This document shows, piece after piece, positions 1 through 12,803 of a DNA stretch of 64,000 nucleotides. Both the position numbers and the translations under genes were made by a program. The stretch covers positions 9,920,001 to 9,984,000 of the forward strand of contig JBHGNT010000004.1 in assembly GCA_043228905.1 (NCBI GenBank), read 5' to 3'. How positions within the stretch are numbered: position 1 is the first letter of the stretch; each line of letters opens with the position of its first letter. Origin of the DNA: Azolla caroliniana. Its lineage: Eukaryota > Plantae > Polypodiophyta. The notes beneath the pieces were generated by a model. The model was not told where the DNA came from, ran no database searches, and was given only the letters and a program-made list of their open reading frames with translations.

Positions 1-7
1 TACGAAG

Positions 8-1033
8 ATGGCTCATTTCTTACCCTGTACTAAAGAAATATCTAGTGAAGACACCGCCGAAATTGTCATGCGGGAAGTATGTCGGCATCATGGACTCCCT
101 GATAATATCATCAGCGATCGTGGACCCCAGTTTGTGTCAAAATTCTGGAAGCACCTTTTTAAAATGCTGAAGGTCACTTGTAACCTCTCCTCCGGCTACC
201 ACCCACAAACCGACGGTCAAGCCGAACGAACAAATCAAACACTGGAGCAGTATCTGCGGTGCTTTCTCAACTATCATCAGAATGACTGGGCAGATATTCT
301 TCAGTTCGCCGAATTTGCCTATAATAACGCTATCCACGCATCGACTAAAGTCACGCCATTCTACGCTTATACGGGATATCATCCCCGGTGGTGTGTCCTT
401 GAAACCCCAGAAGTGTCCACAAATCCTTGCGCGGAGGATCGTTTGGAGCGGTTACGCAAGATACAAGCGGATTTATCTACTCAACTCCAGCAAGCTCAAC
501 AATCACACAAGGACTACGCAGATCGTCATCGACTTCCATCCAGTTTTAACATTGGAGATCGGGTGTGGCTGCTACGACGACACATCAAGACTACTCGCCC
601 ATGTGAGAAGTTGGATTATCGGCGATTAGGTCCTTTCCGTATTATCGGGAAGATTAATGATGTCGCTTTTCGTCTCGAGCTACCTCCGCAACTTCGGATA
701 CATCCGGTGTTTCATAGTTCTCTCCTCGAACCCTATCACGAGAGCACTATCCCAGGACGTACTATACAACCACCACCTCCTATCGAGCTCGAAGATGGAC
801 CTGAGTATGAGGTCGCTGCCATCCTCGATTCCAAGATTGTTCGCAACAAGCTCTACTATCTAGTCGATTGGCTAGGATATAGTCCCAGCGAGCGTACTTG
901 GGAACCGATCGAGAATGTGACCAATGCTCGTGCTCTTCTAGAAGACTTCCATCGACGATATCCCGAGAAACCGGGTCCTCAATCCAAAACGACTCGTGGA
1001 ACTCGTCGTTTTAAAGGGGGAATAGTGTCATAA
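8..1033 (+). CDS. Pol C-terminus: integrase core, GPY/F module and canonical chromodomain (ORF begins upstream of the window)
   Basis: IISDRGPQF and YHPQTDGQAERTN integrase motifs, LGPFRI, EYEVAAILD...YLVDWLGY...TWEP chromodomain; frame uninterrupted, stop lies inside the LTR. Confidence 0.95.
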   Translation: MAHFLPCTKEISSEDTAEIVMREVCRHHGLPDNIISDRGPQFVSKFWKHLFKMLKVTCNLSSGYHPQTDGQAERTNQTLEQYLRCFLNYHQNDWADILQFAEFAYNNAIHASTKVTPFYAYTGYHPRWCVLETPEVSTNPCAEDRLERLRKIQADLSTQLQQAQQSHKDYADRHRLPSSFNIGDRVWLLRRHIKTTRPCEKLDYRRLGPFRIIGKINDVAFRLELPPQLRIHPVFHSSLLEPYHESTIPGRTIQPPPPIELEDGPEYEVAAILDSKIVRNKLYYLVDWLGYSPSERTWEPIENVTNARALLEDFHRRYPEKPGPQSKTTRGTRRFKGGIVS

Positions 1034-1315
1034 CTAGACTCGAACCCATAACCTTTTGTTACACGGGTCGAGACTTTACCATTAGGTTATGAATTGTAAT
1101 TTGAAGGATATTATTTTCATTTAGGTTTTATTGGGAAATTGATGTATATTCCAGATTTCTCTGGAACATTCTAGAAACTTCAGGAGTATTCCTGAAGACA
1201 CTATAAAAGGAGGCGCAAGGCATTAGTTCGAACCAAATCGGTTCAACGCCAGTCTTAAGCCTTCTAACTACTGTTGTATATCTTCCTTCATATAATACAT
1301 ATATCTTTCGCATCA

Positions 1316-1351
<36 letters not shown>

Positions 1352-1484
1352 ACTCATTCCTTCTCTCAAAGTTCGACACCTCTCATAGTACTAATCCTTC
1401 TCTGTCTTAGTACTATTCCCCAACAATAGTACTAATCCTTCTTTTAGTACTAATTCCTTCTCTGCCTTAATAGAGTTCCTGACA
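1026..1484 (+). repeat. 3' LTR of the chromovirus (459 bp)
   Basis: TGTCA/TGACA terminal inverted repeat, TATA box CTATAAAAGG near 1201, (CT)n near 1321, directly after the PPT. Confidence 0.85.
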
Positions 1485-1650
1485 GAGAAAGGCTCAGATT
1501 ACAGAAAATCCCTTCGTAGGGTTTTGGCAAGTTCCACAAAATTGTGCCGTCGCTCACTTTCTCTTCTACCTTTTGTAGCTTTTGAGTGACACAATAATAA
1601 TCATACATAATCATCTTTCCCTAATTCCATATATATAAGGTATTACTATT

Positions 1651-1890
1651 ATATGGGAGAAAAATCCAAGTCAACGAAGAGAACAAGGAAAATAAGATAT
1701 AATACTTCTTGTTTAAACATGGGAGCATGATACTCAAAAGGAATCAAGATTTAGGCAACTACAACACACACTCTTTGGTATGGGAGAAAAATCCAAGTCA
1801 ACGAAGAGACCAAGGAAAATAAGATATAATACTTCTTGTTTAAACACGAGAGCATGATAATCAAAAGGAATCAAGATTTAAGCCACTACG
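1651..1890. repeat. Tandem duplication, unit about 128 bp
   Basis: ATGGGAGAAAAATCCAAGTCAACGAAGAG...AAAAGGAATCAAGATTTA occurs at ~1652 and again at ~1780. Confidence 0.85.
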
Positions 1891-2094
1891 CCCTTTAATA
1901 CAATAGAAAAATATGTGGTAATCATAAAAATGACGAACATAATGCTAAATATGGCTCAAAATAAAAACACCAAATGATATGCCCATTATTGTAGTTGAAT
2001 CCAAGGCCCAAGAATAATAGTCTAAGAACTTACCTCTCGGGTGAGCTAATTGCGATAAAAAAGAATGAGAATGATAGAAAGTTTGACTTAATTT

Positions 2095-2750
2095 AGACTT
2101 CTTTGTGTTGCCTTATAATAGGCAACCCACTATTTTCATCTAAGTCTAGTACAAAAATTATTGGAAATCCATGCAATTTTATTGAAAGTGGCTAGATGTG
2201 TGTTAGGTAAGAATCGTATTACTAAAATGATCAAGGATCTTATGAACTTGTGCTAATGAAGAAATTTTGAGACTGCAATTGTAACTAACGCATTTTCAAT
2301 TACATGGTGCATTCAAAGTTTAGTTAGATGAGTATTTAGACAACTTGTCACCCTAACTAATGTATTGCTCAACCACATGTTTGCAGGTCAACTAAAATGA
2401 GAAGCCAGTAACTTCACATGCAAGAATCAAGGTCTCGACAAGTATTTGTTTGTTTAACTCTCAACAAGCATTATTATATTGAACCAAATTATAATATTAC
2501 AATATTATATTGACTAACTCTCAACAACACTAGTTTGTTCAAATCATTTAGAGGATCTAGACATTTTTATTCAAAATAAAGTTTATTCTTATGACTAAGT
2601 CTCAACAATCATTTGATTGTTAAGTCAATCACAACTCAAACGAGTTTATTTAAAGCAAAGTCAAGGGCCAAGAGAAATAAATTTAGAATTGAAAGAAAGA
2701 GCCTAAAGGTATACTCAAAGCTCAAAGTATGAGAGAGAGAGAGAGAGAGT
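2095..2750. repeat. Diverged duplicate of the DUF247 upstream region (4560-5232)
   Basis: 2280-2750 is collinear with 4745-5232 through the (GA)n run; two upstream blocks match in inverted orientation. Confidence 0.8.
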
Positions 2751-5239
2751 TGACTAAGTAATTTTGCCTAATGGAGACCAAGAGGTCATGGGTCCAACCC
2801 CTACATTCCACAGTGGCATCTAGTGAATTAAGAGATATTTTATTAAGTATATAATAGAGAGGTGAGAAAATTCGGTTCTGAACCCAAGACGTAATGCTTG
2901 TAGTGCATCAACTTACACTAAGGTAAACTAATTAGGAGAGAGAGAGAGAGAGAGAGAGAGAATCCAAGGAACAAGAATAGTAGTCTAAGAACTTATCTCT
3001 CGAGTGAACCAATTGCGATAAAAAACAATGAGAGATGAAATTTTTTACTTAATTTAGACTCTTTCATCCAAGTCTAGTTCAAAAATTATCGGAACACGTA
3101 TACAAGCACATGACGAAAGCTCAAGAGGACCCACTCACATGAGAGTGATAGAAATTTTGACTTAATTTTGACTTGTTCATCCAAGTCTAGTTCAAAAATT
3201 ATTAGAACACGTTTATACAAGCACGTGACACAAGCTCAAGAGGACCCACTCACATAGGAGTACTCGCAACAGAACTATTTTTTTAAATTTCTCTGAGAAG
3301 ACCAAGCACAAGACTTGACATCTTTGACCTCTCTGTCCATGAAGCCCGACGTTCCATCCTCTTTGGTTCATGTCCCTAGTGAACCCCCTCAAATTCAAGC
3401 ATATTCTCGAACGTGTGGTGATTAACTTGATTGAATGATATTTGAATGGTTAACATCAAAATGATCGTAATGGACAAATCAAAATTGAAGTTGTTGGCAT
3501 GTCATGCACAAATGCTCACAATAAAAAAACACAAAATTCAAGGAAATTGACTGTCATGCATTTTAAATAAAGTACATGCATGATAAATGGCTTGACTTGG
3601 TGATGTTGAATGACTCATGATAGTTTACTCTCAAATTGAAGTACAAAGTGCAAAATTGTACAAGTAAAAGTCAATGTCTAAAAGTCTTTGGAAGCTTGTT
3701 CATGCAATGGAGTTTATTAGTTTTCTTTAATGACAAACTACAAAAACTATTGTAGCTATCCATATTCCATTATGTTATTAACTATTGTCAATTTCAACCT
3801 CATTTTGGAAGCAATAATCAAAACACACTTTTCATTGCTAGGATTTAGTCAAAAAGTGTAATGAAATTGAATCAATACATAGGGCAAGTGGATTCCTCCA
3901 TTGTGTGACAAAATGTTATAATTAGCAATCAACAAATAATCAATTAACAAATTAACATGATATTTGTTGTGAGTGAGTTATATACACAAATTGAATATCT
4001 TGTCACCTTGAAATTACGTAGGTTCCATTGTGGTTTGTAAGTCATAAAATTTGTTTGGGTAATCCTTTCATAGTCTTCAATGCATCATAATTCAACACTC
4101 AATGTGCAACCATCCCTCCCAAGTGGTCCCATCTAAAGAGTACATACAAATTTGTAAACATTTTGACCAATTATTGTAAATAGTTAACCAATTGTTTGTA
4201 TATAAAAAAGCATCCTTGTAATGGATTACACAATGGTATTCTTGAATCAGGTGTAGATTAGTAGGTACAAGGTTGTAAACTAACACTCATGCGTGCCATT
4301 TATCAATTTCTCATATGACAGTTTCCAACTTCAAATGCCCTTTATTTTACATGCAAACCTAAATTGTGTCCTTGATTTTCATGTTCTTATATTAGAAGCA
4401 CCCTTCACTCAAGAAAGATAACAAAAATAAAGTTATACAAAAATGAAGCATGATATGAAAATATACATGGTGTGATAACTTAATGGGAGGATTAAATTCT
4501 TCTTCTTCGTTTGTGATAACTTGCCTTGGTGGTAGTCTTTTAGATGATTCCAATAAAATAGCATGGATTTCCGATCATTTTAAAACTAGACTTGGATGAA
4601 AATTGTGGGTCGTATATTTATAAAGGCAACACAAACAAGTCAAATTTTCAAAAAACTAAGTTAGTTTAAGAAACTACCCAGCGCAGTAGTTCATAAGATC
4701 CTTGATCATTTTGTATTACAATTCTTAACTAACACAAATTGTAATTGTACCCAACGCATTTTCAATTACATATAAGTTGCATTCAAAGTTTAGTTAGATG
4801 AGTTTTTAGATTACTTGCACCCTTAATAATGTATTGCTCAACCATGTTTTTGCACCAACTAAAATGAGAAGCAGTAACTTCACATTGGGAATCAATGTCT
4901 CGACAAGTATTTGTTTGTTTGGTCGTTCAAAACTTAGAGGGTTTTTATATAAAACAAATTACAATATTATATTGACTAACTCTAAACAAGCATTGGTTCG
5001 TTCAAATCGTCCAGAGGATCCCGAGGATTTTATACAAAATAAAGTTGATTCTTATGACTAAGTCTCGACAATTATTTGATTGTTAAGTCATTCACAACTG
5101 AAACGAGTTTATATAATAAAGCAAAGTCAAGGGCCAAGGGAAAAGGTATAAATAGAATTGAGAGAAATAGCCTAAAGGTATACTCAGAGGTCGAAGTATA
5201 AGGGGTGAGAGAGAGAGAGAGAGAGAGAGAGTCGTGACA

Positions 5240-6961
5240 ATGTCACAAACACCTTCAAGTAGTAGAAATGAATATTCCATCTTTCAAGTGCCTACCATAC
5301 TACATGATGTCCAACATACCAATAGCGATAACCATAGTATCGTTATTAACATCAATGGTATTGATGCAAACACGCGGAGTAGTAGTATTCGCACTTTCTG
5401 GCCGCGAGTGCTCTCCATCGGACCTCTCCAAGCCTTTCTCGACCGGAAAGATAACCTTAACTCCTACGACACCAATTTCACTGCAATTATCGAAGATATA
5501 AAATCACAAGCCCACAATGACATCCTCTCGGACAATCCCGATTCCTCATCTCAACACGAATTCGATTCCTTTGTCAAGCAACCGGATCCTAGACATCCCG
5601 GTCTAAACTTTGATTCCTATCTCCAATCCTTCTACTCCCCATCCAATCTCATCCAGAGTTATAACAATGACCACAACACTTCGCCACGGCAAATTCGCCT
5701 TCCTGTCCTCATAGCTCGTGACGCATGCTTCCTTGCCGCCTTCCTCAAACTCCTTTTCTTTGAAGTCTATCCAATCTTGAAACTACACAAACTAGACAAA
5801 CTCGGGTATGTAGGTCTCTCCGAGTGCATCTCTAAACTTCATCATCATGCTAAACTTCATCATCATGCCAAGTCTTCTTCGACAAAATCCCGTGGGCTCG
5901 AGCTTGAAGAATACTTCTTCAACCTACACCTCATCAAAGCAATCCTCCAAGACATCCTCCTCATCCAGAACCAGATCCCGCTCGCGGCTGTCCGGCGCAT
6001 TGTCAAGATCGATGTGGGCTTCAAACACGATGAGGAGGCCCAAGAGCTCCTCGATCTCTACATGGCCGCACTCGCCTTCCGTACCCTTCCTTTCTACAAG
6101 TCGAAAGTGCTCGTTTTCGCTCGGATGAAGGCTATCAAAACCATGGAAGCTCCCCATTTATTGGATGTCATGCATTCCTTAATGACAAATGAAGATAATA
6201 CACAAGACAAAGTGCCTGGCGTGTTTCAACTCCACAAATGGTCGGCCCCATTTAAAGCGTGTCATGGAAACTCGAGGTCCCTAGTGTTTGACACTACACT
6301 GGATGGGATGCATTCCTCAATGACAAACGGTAGCTGCAAAACTGGACATAATGTCCGGAAAGATCTGTACAACACACAAGACAAAGTGCCGGGCGTGATG
6401 CAACTCCACAAGTCGGGGGTCCGATTCAAAGGGTGCAATGGAAACTCGAGGTCCCTCAAGTTTGACACTAAGTATGGAAAGCTCACATTCCCGAGGATCT
6501 ACATAGACGACGGCACCGAGCTACTCCTCCAGAACCTCATGGCGTACGAGAGCAACTGTTACTGGAAGCGGAATCCGGAGTCGGGGCGCCACGATATCGT
6601 GTCATACCTCCACTTCATGGACCTACTCATAGACACACCCGCGGATGTCGACATGCTCGTGGACAAGGACATTGTGAGGGTGATGATCGACAGCAATAAG
6701 CAAGTGGCTCTCATGTTCAACAGGTTGTGCCGCGGGAGCCGATGCATGTTCACGCCACAATATTTCGACACCGCCAAATCCCTCAAGCATTACTGTAAAA
6801 AGAAGATGTGGGGGATTTGCATTGAATTCTATCGGTCGCACCTCTCCCGTCCCTGGCTCATCACCTCTCTCCTTGCTGGGATTGGTCTCTTTGTCATGAC
6901 CTTCTTCATTATGTGGTACACCATCATGCTCTATCACCGCGAAATTCATGCTCCTCCTTGA
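5240..6961 (+). CDS. DUF247 (UPF0481) plant protein, intronless, with C-terminal transmembrane segment
   Basis: YSIFQVP, PRVLSIGP, DILLIQNQIP, HLLD, GVRFK, GKLTFPRIYIDD, LLQNLMAYE, SYLHFMDLLIDTPADVDML and a terminal PW plus hydrophobic helix; first ATG at 5240 (the ORF track starts at GTG 5234). Confidence 0.9.
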   Translation: MSQTPSSSRNEYSIFQVPTILHDVQHTNSDNHSIVININGIDANTRSSSIRTFWPRVLSIGPLQAFLDRKDNLNSYDTNFTAIIEDIKSQAHNDILSDNPDSSSQHEFDSFVKQPDPRHPGLNFDSYLQSFYSPSNLIQSYNNDHNTSPRQIRLPVLIARDACFLAAFLKLLFFEVYPILKLHKLDKLGYVGLSECISKLHHHAKLHHHAKSSSTKSRGLELEEYFFNLHLIKAILQDILLIQNQIPLAAVRRIVKIDVGFKHDEEAQELLDLYMAALAFRTLPFYKSKVLVFARMKAIKTMEAPHLLDVMHSLMTNEDNTQDKVPGVFQLHKWSAPFKACHGNSRSLVFDTTLDGMHSSMTNGSCKTGHNVRKDLYNTQDKVPGVMQLHKSGVRFKGCNGNSRSLKFDTKYGKLTFPRIYIDDGTELLLQNLMAYESNCYWKRNPESGRHDIVSYLHFMDLLIDTPADVDMLVDKDIVRVMIDSNKQVALMFNRLCRGSRCMFTPQYFDTAKSLKHYCKKKMWGICIEFYRSHLSRPWLITSLLAGIGLFVMTFFIMWYTIMLYHREIHAPP

Positions 6962-7846
6962 GAAAACTCTCGAGTTAAACTCCCTTTGCTCTTTTCATTG
7001 CCCGACCATCTAGTCGCATCCTAGCAAATAATGACATTGCGAAGCATTTTCAAGAAGTTTTATTGATGATCATCTAGCCGTCAATTTGTATTGAATAATA
7101 TTTTGGATGAGTAAATTCCTTGGTAGAAACTAATTGAGAGGGAAAGGATGAATCTTTTCCTGGACGGAATGGAATATATGTATATACAATCTATTGTTTA
7201 AATTTTTTCTCTTTGCTACTGTTGTGTTTAGTGAAAGATGAATGGATGTGACCACGTGGTTTATATATTCCTCATGATGTGCGGAGTCTCGTTTGTAGAT
7301 CTTGTTCTAGAATGTTTTAGTGATTTAGAATATACCTAAGAGCCATTACACTAGCAATCTTATGCTCCAATGTAATATAGACTCTCGTTTGTTTAATTTG
7401 TGTATCTTTGCATGGCCATGCCATCTTAGTTTATTAAAAGGTGCTCCATCTTTGAATGCTTTAATTACATGTGATACCATGACATCCAAACTTCTTTAAT
7501 TTACATCGAAGAAAAATCTTCATGAATTGCACACACAAGCTCCAGCATATTCCATCTTCCACAACTGCATTGACATTCCAGTTCATACTTTAATTACATT
7601 TGACACCATGGCATCTAGACATTTTTTGGCATACAATTGGATATGATTGAAGAAAAATGCTTATGAGCTATAAACCTAAGTTCCAACATATTCCATCTTC
7701 ATCAATGACTTTGACATTGACAATGCAATATATTACTAGAAACACCTTGAAGTAGAAATGTTTCCAACCACACTTGGATATGATTGAAAGAAGATCTTTA
7801 AGAGGTGCACACACCCAAGTTCCAACATACTCCATCTTCATCTCCA

Positions 7847-8950
7847 TGTTTTACTCTCAATCGCGGTAACTATCTCTTCTGGGTTTACTTGTTTTCGAGA
7901 AGAACGGCAAAACATATTCCAGTGTGAATTGAAGTGATACGACTCGCGAAGGGAACGACCACAAAAAGACTCACGAGGAGTTACCGATCGAATGCCCTAA
8001 TGCTCGCTCTCTACAGACTACGACAAAGCCACTCCCACAAAAGAGCACTCAGAATTGTCAAGTGAAGGGTTGGAAAGAAATGTCAAGTGAAGGGCCTAAG
8101 TTAGTTTGGACCTACAACTACCTACAGCTACGGAACCTGCTGAACAAGTATGTAAACAAAAAGGGCCTATTTCATTCTAAATCAAACGTAGCTGCTTACT
8201 TAGGGAGGGCCAAGGGTAAATAAATCGGTGCTAGCGAGCTTTGGAGCTGAGGCTTAAATCTACCCCCTAAGCTAGCTAGCCCTGATATTCTATCTAAATC
8301 GCCCTTAGGTAGAGCTAATTCCTAGCTCCGTGAGTTGATACAGGAGGAGAAGAAAATGGAGGAGCTGCAAAACCCCATCACTTATTTGTATGTACATATA
8401 CATATACATCTCTATATGTCCTAATGTGTAGACAAACAACACTCAACTAAACACGCGAATCCCCCCCCCCCTTGCCAACCCGTCAGCGAGTTGATCGAGA
8501 CACAGAAAGAAAAAACATTCACTTTCTCTTGGAACTTGCCGAGACATTCTTTCATTTAGGCCAAGTGGGCCATTCATCGTTAGCAACAAGTCCACGCAAA
8601 AGAAATTCCCGATAAAGAAAGGCTCTCTCCAATGGAGAACATGTTTTTGTCCTCGTGGAACCTCAATAGATGCTCTTTTATGTGGGACCAACTGGACCAC
8701 CCATCATCACCTCTTACTCAAATTTACACCTCATAAAAGGTGTCATTATGAAATTGGATCAATTTTCCCATTTCCCCATGAGTTGGCGAAAATTGCCCAA
8801 CATCGACATAAACAAGAATTTGGGTTTGAATCCAATGCTCTTTCGTCGCATGACATGCAATTCGACAAAACCTTGTGTCAAGCTCTTGCGACGAGTTCCC
8901 GTGTTGAGGTAAACAAAAGAGCCAATGTTCACCACTGATGAGCAAATGTA
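7847..8950 (-). mobile_element. Degenerate gypsy 3' end: LTR 7847-8453, G-rich PPT, decayed integrase tail
   Basis: On the minus strand a G-run (8461-8471) lies 7 nt before TGTTTAG...AAAACA; W-x-x-PF-like remnant upstream. Confidence 0.5.
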
Positions 8951-9283
8951 ATGCTACGGTCATGTTCATAGTTACAATCTACAAGGTATATATTGATTTA
9001 TGTCACACAATGCTTAAGCTACTTTTGGACTTTGAATGAGTAAAGCTCTAACCATTAGAATATTGATTTATTCTCTATTACACTTACATACCCACGATAA
9101 TGTTTGTGAATGACTCAATGAGAATATCAATTTTCAAGTGTTGTCTTCAATGAATCAAAGGTGTTTAAGCCATTCACTGAAATCTCTTTCATTGTGAAAA
9201 AATGTTTATTTATGTGTATGAGTGCTAGTTTTTAGTGTTTATCATGATGATCATGTTTGCAATAAAATGATGGAACTTATCTT

Positions 9284-9369
9284 CTTCCACCTCTTTTCAA
9301 AATTTATTTAAATACATATCTAGCCCTTCCACCTCTTTTCAAAATTTATTTAAATACATATCTAGCCCT
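9284..9369. repeat. Tandem duplication of about 43 bp
   Basis: CTTCCACCTCTTTTCAAAATTTATTTAAATACATATCTAGCCC occurs twice. Confidence 0.9.
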
Positions 9370-10068
9370 ACCTGTTGATATTCAGCTTATGGACCACTTT
9401 AATTTTTAAAAGCATATTATGTTCTAGTTGCGAGAGAATGTAGTGCCCTACTGATATGACAAAAGCATAAGAGGTCTCATTTCCTCAAATATATTCCTAC
9501 CCACATCTATATTATGTCCAATCTAAAATGTTTTTGCAATCATTTAGATTGATAAACATGAAGCATTATTCGAAGGGGAATGACATTTAGATGAAAGGAA
9601 TATATTCCATTAGATCTAATATTCATCAAATTTTAGTCAATACAACTAAGAAACATGTTTAGAACTAAAATATGTATATGTAGATCAATTTCCACTTTAG
9701 AATGTAATAAGTGGGACAGTTTTTGTGATACACAATGCTTTTTATGAACACTTTATTCTCACTCCACACGGAATATGGATGATCATATTATGCTCTAGTT
9801 ATTCAAAGAGCTTATAAGAACTCATTGTGCACACATTCTATCATGGGTGGATTGTATTGGCCTTGAAGGGAAATGGATGTGAGTATGCATTCATCATCTT
9901 ATGCTAGATTATAGTTGTCATAGAATGTTATGATCACAATCTTCTAATATTACAAATAATCTTCAATTGATTGAAAGCATGTACAAGGGTAAAGAATTGC
10001 TCTCCATAAAATCATTAATCATTTTCTCAAGTCTTACTCATATTGAAAGAGACAAGGAGTAATCATCA

Positions 10069-12803
10069 ATGAAACCTAAAGACGTATGCTAATTCAGTTG
10101 GTTGGACTACCACTCTTGGTGATCCATAAGTAAGAGAGAGAATGAGAGAGGCGAAAATAGCTCATAACACAAATTTAAATCAGCAAATTTTGTGAAGCCA
10201 TTTATATTTCATTATAGAGTTTTCTACATATGCACTTAGCATAGTAGGTGTTGTGGTGGGAATGGGTATGCTACATTTTCTCATAAAACTTGGTGACATT
10301 ATTGTAGGCCACAAAGCGAGATTTGTAAGAAGAATGTGTAAGAGGAGGATGAAGACATGCAAAAATAATAAAGGTTTTTGCAGGTAGTAGAAATGTTGGT
10401 GCGCATGGATTGCAAAGGTTGCGAAAGGAATGTACGCAAGGCAATGTCTCACATTCGAGGTGAGAAACGATTCCTCGTGTCAGTATGAAAATGGAGTTAA
10501 TGATTGTCCATTTGTGTGAGATTTCTTACTTATATTTACAAAGTGTTTCCCTTCTTATGGCATGGTACCTTTATCGCTGTGATATGAGTTTCGCACACAT
10601 GTGACCTTAAAAAATGAATGCACATACATGTTTGGTTCTCGATGTAAATATGTGGTCATCCTTCAAAATTGCTTCATTGCATTGTTAACCATCAAACTTC
10701 TACTAGATTCATAGTCATGTTGGTTATGTTGATAGCTTGTCTTGGCCCTTGAGTGTGTTTAATCTATAGAAGATGGTTGATAAAATGGTGCTTGTGTGAA
10801 TTTCATGTTGTTGAGCTATTGTAGTGTTTGGCATGTGACACTTCCAATTTGAAGCCCCCAAATTTCCCCTTATGTTCTCAAAACCTACATATATTCTAGT
10901 TTTCTTGTTTTGATTTGAGATAACCTTCACAAAAGATAGATTGAATGGGCGAAGACATAAATAATTGAGGGTTTATGAGAATGAAAGAGAGAGTGTATCG
11001 TCTTTTGCTTGTGTACGTATGTTATGTTTCTACAACCTAAAGACAACAAGGGTTGTTTTCTCTAGACCTGTTGTAGTTTAGGTTTAGGTAAGTTTTGCTA
11101 TTTATTTTTGGTCCAAAAATAACACTTAACCATGTAAATTGGCCTTGGGTCAAATTGTGATATATCATAATGGTTTGAGGAAGCTGGTAAATGAATCAAA
11201 TAGAAAACAAAAACGCTAATGATGTTAACAACTAAATACATGCAAATTTTGAACTTTGAAAATGAAAAGAAATATCTACCATATGGTGATTATACAAAAG
11301 AGGTTTAAAATCAATCAAAGCAATGGAATACATGTAGCTATTTAACTATCTAGATTTATATATTTGCTAGTAACATTCTAGGAACACATTTGAGCAAACA
11401 TTATTGCAAGCATAGATTTGACCCATGCATGATATTCGTGGTTTTCGCCATCCGTAATATTCGAGAATACAAAAGGACCCCAAGAATATTACAGAACAAT
11501 CGTTTATTTATTTATTATTTATTATTAAAAAAAACAAATACTTTTACATCTATTATAAAAATATTATTACTTCCCTTTTTAATCTCAGTCTTAAAAATAT
11601 CAAATTTTGTGGGATAGTAAAAAGTGGGGGATTAATGAACCTTATATTTATTTATTATTTATTATTAAAAATAAATTATAAGACAAATACTTTTAAGTTT
11701 TACATCTATTATAAACATAGATTGACCTATTCGCATTCCTAGGGTTTCCAATTCGAATGCATGGTCAAGTATTCGTCTAACAAATAATAATAATAATAAT
11801 TAAAAAAAAAATTTAATTATTATTTTGTAAAATGAATGGTTTTATAATATTCTTGGGACCATTTCGCATTCTCGAATATTGAGAATATCACGCACGTGTC
11901 ACTCAATGATTATAAAAATATTATTAGTGTGAGGTCCCCTTTTTAATGTCAGATGAAAATATCAAATTTTGTGGGAGTAAAAAGTGGGGAATCAATAAAC
12001 CATTTATTTATTTCTTTATTAAAAAATAAAACAAATACTTTTAAGTTTTATATCTATTATAAAAATATTATTGGTGTGAGGTCCCCTTTTTAATGACAGA
12101 TAAAAATATCAAATTTTGTAGGAAAGTAAAAAGTGGGGAATTAATGAACCTTTTATTTATTTCATTTTGTTTTAAAAATAAAACAAATACTCTTAAGTTT
12201 TACATCTATTATAGAAATATTATTAGTCTATGTCTACAATCGTTGTTTGTGTTATGCATGTGCGTCCACTTTTTTTCATACTTCCGGTACTACAAAAATA
12301 AAAGGTCCTCACTCTTTATATATAGTGAACATTTGACTCAATAGTTTCATATACTCAAAATCTTTTGACATAAATGCACGCACACACACACATATGCATA
12401 TATATCATGACAAGGACAAATTAGTTTTCTCTAATTCACTTATTGGTATACTACATTTCTCTATGTAGGGATTGAAACACTTGATATAGACCTAAAGCAA
12501 AACAAAGTGACAGTAAGAGGATATGTGGATAGAATGATGGTGCTAAGAGCTATAAGGAGAGCTGGAAAAAGAGTTGAATTTTGGAATCCCCACCAACAAG
12601 AAGATTATTATCGTCATTTACCTAATGCATATGGCAATGGATACCCAACTAACACAAATGCATTTGCGAGAACATATAATTACGAGCAACACGGATACAA
12701 TATTCCATATCAACATTATGATTCTCAATACTTCAACATGCCACACGATGGAATCACAACCTTGTTTAGTGATGACAATCCTAATAGTTGCTCGATTATG
12801 TGA
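10069..12803 (+). CDS. Heavy-metal-associated isoprenylated plant protein (HIPP); exons 10069-10083 (tentative), 10384-10459, 12469-12803; about 141 aa
   Basis: HMA motif VEMLVRMDCKGCERNVRKAM, exon 3 ...KVTVRGYVD...AGKRVEFW, C-terminal FSDDNPNSCSIM CaaX box; GT-AG introns with compatible phases. Confidence 0.9.
11500..12225. repeat. AT-rich repeated units (about 150 bp) in HIPP intron 2, possibly a non-autonomous element
   Basis: AAAATATCAAATTTTGT...AAAAGTGGGGA recurs at ~11593, ~11956 and ~12103. Confidence 0.6.

Larger units (their letters stand above)
1..1484 (+). mobile_element. 3' part of a chromovirus (Tcn1-like) Ty3/gypsy LTR retrotransposon
   Basis: Integrase ORF with GPF motif and chromodomain, purine tract AAAGGGGGAATAG ending at 1025, then a TGTCA...TGACA LTR at 1026-1484. 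Confidence 0.92.

Noticed and set aside
2762-2935. Degenerate tRNA/SINE-like boxes
   Set aside because: Too divergent in sequence and spacing to support a call
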